Position numbers and translations under genes: made by a program
Notes under the pieces: generated by a model
What the model was told of the DNA's origin: nothing
The model's database searches: none
Seen by the model: only the letters and a program-made list of their open reading frames with translations
From: an uncultured Dyadobacter sp.
GTDB taxonomy: Bacteria; Bacteroidota; Bacteroidia; Cytophagales; Spirosomataceae
Reading direction: 5' to 3'
Length of the DNA: 45,320 nt
Assembly: GCA_966211825.1 (NCBI GenBank)
Contig: CBIHPQ010000001.1
Coordinates: 1 to 45,320 of the forward strand
In this document: piece by piece, positions 38,664 through 45,320 of the stretch
Layout of the letters: every line of letters begins with the position of its first letter
Position numbering within the stretch: the stretch's first letter is position 1

Positions 38664-39809
38664 TCAGAAATCGGTCCATTTTGTCTCCGTCTTGTTCGAA
38701 GCGATGACGGCGTCGATGAACTTCATGCCCCTCAATCCATCCTGGGCGGTCGGGAAATCGTAGACCGGATCGGCGTTTCTGCCTTCCCAGTATGCCCTTA
38801 CATGAATGGCGAAGTTGCGATAGAGGTTCGCGAAAGCCTCGAAATAGCCTTCGGGATGGCCGGCCGGGATGCGGGTATGCACCTGCGCGGCTTTGGACAG
38901 GTTACCCACGCCTGTGCGGATCATGCGGGTGCCCTGGTTGGTCTTGTGGATCAGTGTATTAGGCTCCATTTGTTTCCATTGCAAGCCGCCTGTTTCACCG
39001 TACACACGGATATTGAGGTCGTTTTCCTCTCCGTTGGCGATCTGGCTGTTTTGCAGGATACCTTTTGCACCGTTGTTGAAGCGAAGTAAAATATTAGCGT
39101 CATCATCCAGCAAACGGCCTTCCACAAATATCGTAAGGTCGGCACAAATCTGGGTGATTTTCAGTCCGGTGATGTATTCGGCCAGGTTTTCGGCGTGTGT
39201 ACCGATGTCGCCCAGGCCTCCCGCGGCTCCGGAGCGCTTGGGATCGGTGCGCCAGGCTGCCTGTTTGTTGCCCGTCACCTCCACGAGGGTAGCGAGCCAT
39301 CCCTGCGGATATTCCACAATTACCTTTCTAACTTCTCCAATGGCGCCTGAGGCGATCATCTGGCGGGCCTCCTTTACCATAGGGTAGCCGGTGTAGTTAT
39401 GGGTCAGACAGAACACCTGGCCTGTTTTCTCGACCAGGGCCGCGATTTCCTCCGCTTCTTCGGTATTGAGGGTAATAGGTTTATCGCATACAACGTGGAA
39501 GCCGTTTTCGAGCGCGAGCTTTGTAGGCGCAGCGTGTACGTGGTTAGGTGTTACAATGGCAACAAAATCCATGCGTTCCCCTTCCGGAAGTTGCTTTTCT
39601 TTCAGGATCATCTCCTCAAAGTCGTTATAAACCCTGTTTTCAGGCAGATATAGCGCTTTTCCGGTTTCCTTTGACTTAGCTGGATCAGAGCTGAAAGCTC
39701 CGCAAACCAGCTCAATTTCTCCATCCATGATCGCTGCACGGCGATGGACCCCACCAATAAATGCATCCAGGGAGCCTCCTACCATGCCCATTCTGATCTT
39801 TCTTGACAT
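38664..39809 (-). CDS. Gfo/Idh/MocA family oxidoreductase
   Basis: GMVGGSLDAFIG, VTPNHVH, CDKP, DIGTH. Start at ATG 39809. Confidence 0.92.
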   Translation of the reverse strand: MSRKIRMGMVGGSLDAFIGGVHRRAAIMDGEIELVCGAFSSDPAKSKETGKALYLPENRVYNDFEEMILKEKQLPEGERMDFVAIVTPNHVHAAPTKLALENGFHVVCDKPITLNTEEAEEIAALVEKTGQVFCLTHNYTGYPMVKEARQMIASGAIGEVRKVIVEYPQGWLATLVEVTGNKQAAWRTDPKRSGAAGGLGDIGTHAENLAEYITGLKITQICADLTIFVEGRLLDDDANILLRFNNGAKGILQNSQIANGEENDLNIRVYGETGGLQWKQMEPNTLIHKTNQGTRMIRTGVGNLSKAAQVHTRIPAGHPEGYFEAFANLYRNFAIHVRAYWEGRNADPVYDFPTAQDGLRGMKFIDAVIASNKTETKWTDF

Positions 39810-39880
39810 TCCAGTTGGTTTAAGGTTTTTGAAAAGATTATACAGTAAGAAAGAGCCGCGTAAAAGACTCTTACTTCTCA

Positions 39881-39888
39881 CAAATATA
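39881..39888 (-). promoter_or_regulatory. -7 promoter element of the sugar oxidoreductase operon
   Basis: Minus-strand TATATTTG. Confidence 0.55.
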
Positions 39889-40035
39889 AATTTAAGACAT
39901 AAAAAACATTGCTTAGGAATAGTGAAAAGCAGTAGAATTCCCCGGAGTTTGTTTTTTTTGTGAAATTGTTAAACAAAAGTAGTATCCCGAAAGTTATCAA
40001 TCATTCAATTCAAATAATCAAACCCGTTAAGTCAC

Positions 40036-41271
40036 ATGACCCAATCAGTTAACAGCGGAAGGCTCTTCAATGCAAGTTGTTTTGCGCTCATAACCACTGC
40101 ATTCTCATTCAGTATCCGTGCAGGGATCCTCCCCCAATTGGGCACAGAGTTCAACCTCTCTGCCGAGCAGCTGGGTTTCATCAACTCGATGTGGTTCTTC
40201 GGATTCCCGCTGGCGATGATCATCGGAGGGCTTGTGTACCACACGATCGGACCGAAAACAATTATGCAGGTGGCATTCGTTTGCCACGCCATTGGTATCA
40301 TTATGACGATTTATTCGGGCGGTTATACGGGTCTTTTGATCTCTACATTCCTCATCGGGGTAGGTAACGGATGTACAGAGGCTGCTTGTAACCCGATGAT
40401 CGCCGACTCTTATGAAGGCCTTCAAATGAGCAAAATGCTTAACCGTTTCCACATGTGGTTCCCCGGCGGTATCGTAGTAGGCTCTCTGATTTCGAAATTC
40501 ATGACTGACGCCAACCTGGGCTGGCAGGCACAAATCTGGATTATCCTGATCCCGACTTTCATTTACGCATTCCTTTTCTGGGGACAAGCGTTCCCCAGGC
40601 CGCATGTGGCTGGTGTAACTTCTATCGGTGAGAATGTGAAAGCGATGTTTACGCCGCTGTTCATCTTCATCTTCGTTTGTATGGCATTTACTGCTATCAG
40701 CGAGTTCGGTCCGCAGCAATGGACAGGCTTGATCATGAGCAAAAGCGGTGCAAGCCCGATGCTGATCCTTGCGTTGGTAACAGGTCTGATGGCTATCGCA
40801 CGTTTCTTCGCCCACCCGATCGTGGCCGCAATCGGTCAGACCGGAATCCTATGGGGCTCGTCGATCCTGGCAGCAGCCGGTATTTATCTGTTCAGCACAG
40901 TGACCGGCCCTGCGGCTTATGCAGCGGCTGTGATCTTCGCAATGGGTGTTGCATTGTTCTGGCCTACTATGATCGGTTTTGTTGCTCAGAACGTGCCATT
41001 GAGCGGTGCGCTGGGGATGTCCATCGTGGGTGGTATTGGAATGTTCTCAACGGCGATCTGGCAGCCGGTAATCGGTAAATGGCTGGACGATGCCAAAGCT
41101 GAAAAAGCAGCGGCTGGCTTGACCGGCGACGAAATGGAGCTTGCCGCCGGGCAGGCGACCCTGAGCACGATGGTCATGTTTCCTGCATTGCTGATCGTCG
41201 CATTCGCTATCCTGTATTTCTGGATGAAAGGACGTAAAACAGTACCTGCTTCATCTGCGGCAGTTCACTGA
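40036..41271 (+). CDS. MFS sugar transporter
   Basis: About 12 TM helices; GNGCTEAACNP…LNRFHMWFPGG; divergent from the sugar operon. Confidence 0.88.
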   Translation: MTQSVNSGRLFNASCFALITTAFSFSIRAGILPQLGTEFNLSAEQLGFINSMWFFGFPLAMIIGGLVYHTIGPKTIMQVAFVCHAIGIIMTIYSGGYTGLLISTFLIGVGNGCTEAACNPMIADSYEGLQMSKMLNRFHMWFPGGIVVGSLISKFMTDANLGWQAQIWIILIPTFIYAFLFWGQAFPRPHVAGVTSIGENVKAMFTPLFIFIFVCMAFTAISEFGPQQWTGLIMSKSGASPMLILALVTGLMAIARFFAHPIVAAIGQTGILWGSSILAAAGIYLFSTVTGPAAYAAAVIFAMGVALFWPTMIGFVAQNVPLSGALGMSIVGGIGMFSTAIWQPVIGKWLDDAKAEKAAAGLTGDEMELAAGQATLSTMVMFPALLIVAFAILYFWMKGRKTVPASSAAVH

Positions 41272-41288
41272 TCACCTGATATATCAAA

Positions 41289-41319
41289 CAAAAAGGGCGC
41301 TGATGAGGCGCCCTTTTTG
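41289..41319. terminator. Bidirectional terminator between the MFS gene and mutS2
   Basis: CAAAAAGGGCGC / GCGCCCTTTTTG inverted repeat. Confidence 0.88.
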
Positions 41320-41341
41320 CATTTGATGTATTTTAAATCAA

Positions 41342-43750
41342 TTACCTCAACTTCACGATCGTCACCCCCGCGCCGCCGCGGTCGGCGTGCTCGTCGTACA
41401 TGCCCGCTACCTGCTTGTACCCGCGCAGGTGGTTGCGTACGAGCGTGCGCAGGATGCCGTCGCCCTTGCCGTGCACAATGCGCAGTTCGTCGTAGCCGAG
41501 CATAATGGCATTGTCCATAAACTGGTCCACCATGCCCAACGCTTCTTCGCCGCGCTTGCCGCGCATATCGAGGTTAAAGCTGAAATTGAGCATCCGCTCA
41601 TTCATATCCACACCCCTGGAAACCGTATTTACCCCTTTTTCGCCCGTTGCGGCACGATAGGTTTTACGGGATACCTTTTCCAGTCGGTTTAGTTTGATCG
41701 TAGATTTAAGGTCGCCAATGCGGATTTCAGCATCTTTGCCTTTCACGGAAATCACCTCGCCAATCGCAGTCTGCCCGCTGATCTTTACGTAGCTTCCGGC
41801 GGTAATTTCGCCGCCTTCCGGTTCGTACACTTCTTCGGCAGGTTGTGTCTCGGTTATTTCCGCCAGTGCAAGGTTCTTTTTGCCAAAATCTTCCAGCTTG
41901 GTCCTTACCGTTTTGGTTTTCTCTTTTTCCGCTTTGTTCTCCTTGATCTCACGGATCGTATTTTCAATCAGCTGATTAGCATCCGAAAGCAGGGTTTTTG
42001 CTTTTTGCTTTGCCTCATTAACGATCTTTTTCTCGTTGTTATCGAGTTTTTCTTTTAATGCCGTATAATCGGCCAGCTGTTTCGCAAGCTTGCGCTCTTT
42101 AATGCCTATCTCAATATTCTTCTCCGCGAAAACGCGCCGCTCGATGTCCAGTTCTTTCAGCAACTTCTCGAAATTTACCTGCTGCGTACCGAGCTTCTCT
42201 TTGGCCCGGTTCACAACCGCATTCGGTAACCCGATTTTAGAGGCTATTTCAAATGCAAACGAACTGCCCGGACGACCGATTTCGAGCTGGTAAAGCGGCT
42301 CCAAATGCTCGCCATCGAAGCGCATTGCGCCATTGACCAGTCCTTCCGTTTTGTCCGCAAGCACTTTCAAGTTCGTATAATGCGTATTGATCATCCCGAA
42401 TGCGCCCGATTTGGTCAGGTTTTCGAGAATGGCCTCAGCAATGGCGCCGCCCAGCCCCGGTTCCGTTCCGGTACCGAATTCGTCGATGAGGAACAACGTC
42501 TTTTTATTGGCCATTGAAAGAAAATGGCGCATGTTGGTCAAATGCGAGCTGTATGTACTCAGGTCGTTTTCCAGTGACTGCTCGTCACCGATATCAATGA
42601 AAATATTCTGGAAAAACCCCATGGAAGAGCCTTCTTGCATCGGTACCAACAAACCGCATTGGAACATATACTGAATCACCCCCACGGTTTTCAATGCCAC
42701 CGATTTACCACCCGCATTAGGCCCTGATACGATCAGAATGCGTTGTTTTTCCTGCAATTCAATATTCAGCGGGATCACTTTCTTGCCTTGCTTCTGAAAC
42801 GACAAATGCAGTAACGGGTGCCGGGCCTCACGCCAGTCGATAAATTGCCGGTTTTCAAACGGCGGGTTTATCGCGCCCATTTCACCGGCCAATCTCGCTT
42901 TCGCACGCAGGAAATCCATTAACCCCAGGAAGCCATAGGCCTTTTGCAAATCGGGTACGAATGGACGGATATAGGCCGTCAGTTCGAATAGAATGCGGTT
43001 AATTTCCCGGCGTTCCTCGTATTCGAGCTCCCGGATCTCATTATTGGTTTCAAAAACATCCGTCGGTTCGATGAACACGGTCTGGCCGGTGGCCGATTCG
43101 TCGTGGATAAACCCGCGGAGCTTCCGCTTGTGCTCGGCGGCGACAGGAATCACCATCCGGCCATTGCGGACGGTTAGCGACACATCGTCGCCGATCCAGC
43201 CATTGCTCTTGGCCGATTTCAGGATCGTATCCAGCTTCTTACGAATGCCGGCCTGTTCGGAAATCAGGCGCTTGCGAATGCGCGACAGTTCCGGCGACGC
43301 CGAGTCGCGGATCTGTCCACGGTCGTCGATAATACGGTCGATAGCATCGGTGACGGCCTTTTCAACTTTGATCGTTTTGGCATATTCACCCAAAATCGGA
43401 AATGCGTCGGTCTCCTGGCTTTCAAAAAAGCGGAGGCAAAGGCGGATCGTCAGCAATGAAACTTTCAGGTCCGAAAACTCGGCCTGGGTCAGCAACATGC
43501 CTTCGATCGACGCTCTTTTTAAATAGGGCGTCGCATCGATATAATTCTGGGAAGGGAAATTTTCGCCCAGTTGAAGGATGCGTTGCATTTCGGCGGTCTG
43601 GCTCACCAGCTTTTCGACCATCCCGAAGTTTTCTGAAAACCGGATTTTCTCGACAAATCCTTGTCCCAAAGAGCTGATACAAAGTTCTTTCAGGCGTTCT
43701 CGAAGCTTGTCAAATCCCAGTTTTTGTTCTAATGTATTGGGGTAAAGCAT
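41342..43750 (-). CDS. mutS2: Endonuclease MutS2
   Basis: SGPNAGGKS, IGDEQS…LSTYSSH, IDEFGTGT; C-terminal Smr domain (LDMRG…IVHGKGDG). Confidence 0.95.
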   Translation of the reverse strand: MLYPNTLEQKLGFDKLRERLKELCISSLGQGFVEKIRFSENFGMVEKLVSQTAEMQRILQLGENFPSQNYIDATPYLKRASIEGMLLTQAEFSDLKVSLLTIRLCLRFFESQETDAFPILGEYAKTIKVEKAVTDAIDRIIDDRGQIRDSASPELSRIRKRLISEQAGIRKKLDTILKSAKSNGWIGDDVSLTVRNGRMVIPVAAEHKRKLRGFIHDESATGQTVFIEPTDVFETNNEIRELEYEERREINRILFELTAYIRPFVPDLQKAYGFLGLMDFLRAKARLAGEMGAINPPFENRQFIDWREARHPLLHLSFQKQGKKVIPLNIELQEKQRILIVSGPNAGGKSVALKTVGVIQYMFQCGLLVPMQEGSSMGFFQNIFIDIGDEQSLENDLSTYSSHLTNMRHFLSMANKKTLFLIDEFGTGTEPGLGGAIAEAILENLTKSGAFGMINTHYTNLKVLADKTEGLVNGAMRFDGEHLEPLYQLEIGRPGSSFAFEIASKIGLPNAVVNRAKEKLGTQQVNFEKLLKELDIERRVFAEKNIEIGIKERKLAKQLADYTALKEKLDNNEKKIVNEAKQKAKTLLSDANQLIENTIREIKENKAEKEKTKTVRTKLEDFGKKNLALAEITETQPAEEVYEPEGGEITAGSYVKISGQTAIGEVISVKGKDAEIRIGDLKSTIKLNRLEKVSRKTYRAATGEKGVNTVSRGVDMNERMLNFSFNLDMRGKRGEEALGMVDQFMDNAIMLGYDELRIVHGKGDGILRTLVRNHLRGYKQVAGMYDEHADRGGAGVTIVKLR

Positions 43751-43825
43751 TGTTTCTTGTTAGTGGCCGGCTATTACCGGCTCGGATGTTGTTGATGTTA
43801 ATTTTTGACCCTGGACCACCGACTC

Positions 43826-44344
43826 TCAGAACACGTTCCTGATCTCCTCTTTCAGCACTTTCAAGGCATGTGTCGAAGGTTGGACATCCTTTTCTATCAC
43901 GTGCGAGAAAACCTTTTTGGCCAAATCGGCCGCGGGGGCCTCGCCGCTCACTTCCGCGGCGGCCTGGTTCACGATCGCCACGGTTTCGTTCATCGCATTC
44001 ACGATCTGCTCCCAGGCGTGCGTGCTGATGTAAAGCTGCTGCGCTACATTGTGGTTATACTCCTCGCGGATCTCGTGTAATATGACCTGTTGCAGTTCCA
44101 GTGCAGTCATCGCAGAAGGTGCCAGCCGAAGTAACAGGTTGTTGGGCGTAATACGTTCCAGATACAGGCACATACGCTCATACGCCTGCAAGCGCAGGGG
44201 CAATGTGATCTCGACATTTTTGCTGCGGATATCGATCCGTTGTTTTTCCAGAAACTTGTCTGCAACGGTTGTAATAACGATACTGAATCCAAACGTAATG
44301 ATAAGCCCAAGTACCAATGCGGCCAATATCAGATAATATTCCAT
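43826..44344 (-). CDS. Conserved hypothetical membrane-anchored protein
   Basis: N-terminal TM helix; LPLRLQAYER…EYNHNVAQQLY. Upstream minus-strand TAATTTTG at 44379-44386. Confidence 0.75.
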   Translation of the reverse strand: MEYYLILAALVLGLIITFGFSIVITTVADKFLEKQRIDIRSKNVEITLPLRLQAYERMCLYLERITPNNLLLRLAPSAMTALELQQVILHEIREEYNHNVAQQLYISTHAWEQIVNAMNETVAIVNQAAAEVSGEAPAADLAKKVFSHVIEKDVQPSTHALKVLKEEIRNVF

Positions 44345-44485
44345 GGTGTGATTCGTAATTTTATACCAAATTGAGGCACAAAATTAACGCATTAGCCGCA
44401 TTTGGCAGATATTTATTTCAAAAGGCGAATGGATCGGGGGCAGTTTGCGTTAACTGATTTGTCGCAATAAAGAATATGAGCAGGA

Positions 44486-44785
44486 ATGAATAACCCGATT
44501 CAATTAACCGAAAAGGCACAACTGGAAATAAGATCTACGCTGGAAGCCAACAAAATCCCTGATACCTATGGGCTCAGGGTTGGGCTAAGAGGGGGTGCGT
44601 GCAGCGGATCTTTTCTGCTGGGGTTCGACACCGCCACAGAGCATGACCAGACATACCTCATCGAAGGAATTAAGGTATTGATAGACAAGCGCCATCTGAT
44701 GTACGTGATCGGCGTCTCGGTTGACTTCGAAGAGGGTGCGAACGGCAGCGGTTATACGGTTTCTGCCGCAGAAAAAATCAAATAA
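44486..44785 (+). CDS. HesB/IscA-like protein lacking the C-terminal CxC
   Basis: IQLTEKA, LRVGLRGGACSG, GIKVLID; only one Cys. Confidence 0.8.
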   Translation: MNNPIQLTEKAQLEIRSTLEANKIPDTYGLRVGLRGGACSGSFLLGFDTATEHDQTYLIEGIKVLIDKRHLMYVIGVSVDFEEGANGSGYTVSAAEKIK

Positions 44786-44794
44786 GTATTTCGA

Positions 44795-45320
44795 TCATTC
44801 TTCAATGGTTACATGTTTCCAGTTTTCTCCCGAACGTATGCGGTTGAGCTGAGTATGCGTGATACCAAACTGCTTAGCGATCATTTTCAAACGGTTATTA
44901 TCGTTTTTCAAAAGCTTCTTAATGATCCGCACTTTACTTTCGGTTAGCTTGTAATTTTTAGTGCGACGCGGAATTACCCGGTTGATGAATGCGGGGTTTT
45001 CGCGGTTATGGTCGATCATTTCCGCCTTCGTAACCCATTTCAGGTTTTCGTAGTGATTATTCTGTTTATCAAAATCCAGGTGGATTACAAAGGTATGGTC
45101 CGCGTCGGGCTTGTCTACAAAATGCTCGGCCACCAGCTTATGCACGTACCGGTTGATGGTTTTTCCGCCTGCTACACGGATATTCAAAGATCTATAACCC
45201 TGAATGACAGATCCTTTGATCACAATGCCTTCTTTCGGGTTGTTCTGGAAACTCTTCAATCTGCCATAATTGGATACCTCGTAATGGGGAGCGTTCTCGA
45301 TCTCGTCGAATAAAATTTTT
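44795..45320 (-). CDS. NUMOD4 + HNH + C-terminal HTH protein (5' end beyond the window)
   Basis: The frame stays open past the TTG at 45259 to the window edge (…ENAPHYEVSNYGRLKS, NUMOD4-like); VHKLVAEHF…IHLDFDKQNNHYENLKW. Confidence 0.82.
   Translation of the reverse strand, partial: KILFDEIENAPHYEVSNYGRLKSFQNNPKEGIVIKGSVIQGYRSLNIRVAGGKTINRYVHKLVAEHFVDKPDADHTFVIHLDFDKQNNHYENLKWVTKAEMIDHNRENPAFINRVIPRRTKNYKLTESKVRIIKKLLKNDNNRLKMIAKQFGITHTQLNRIRSGENWKHVTIEE

Noticed and set aside
39997..40008. TCAATCATTCAA upstream of the MFS gene, matching the 8-mer array
   Set aside because: A single 12-nt match in an AT-rich leader; plausibly chance.

Overview
This is a 45.3 kb chromosomal window from a Bacteroidota bacterium. 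Gene content (SprE/PorW, PorX, T9SS-type C-termini) and TAnnTTTG promoters suggest Cytophagales, Dyadobacter-like; that assignment is inference. Most of the window is core genome: atpZ/I-atpB-E-F-H, sprE/porW, PBP1A, glycerate kinase, uvrC, ftsH, rsfS, birA, SRP RNA (ffs), transaldolase, ftsE, porX, kdsB and mutS2. Accessory parts are: (i) a lysine-catabolism pair; (ii) a four-gene lasso-peptide-like cassette (RRE/PqqD, B2 protease, HPr-kinase-like kinase, nucleotidyltransferase) with its own promoter but no precursor or cyclase; (iii) a secreted beta-helix/peptidase-S74 protein; (iv) a sugar oxidation locus (two Gfo/Idh/MocA enzymes, a TIM-barrel isomerase/lyase, a ThuA-GSDH-PKD-cytochrome c-CBM fusion and an MFS transporter); and (v) an edge-truncated NUMOD4/HNH gene. 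The most striking unexplained structure sits in the sugar locus: an AT-rich four-helix-bundle (23S-IVP/Avd-like) gene flanked by inverted arrays of an 8-mer (TGAATGAY) that could pair in the mRNA and loop the gene out. No CRISPR array, tRNA, rRNA or transposase was seen.
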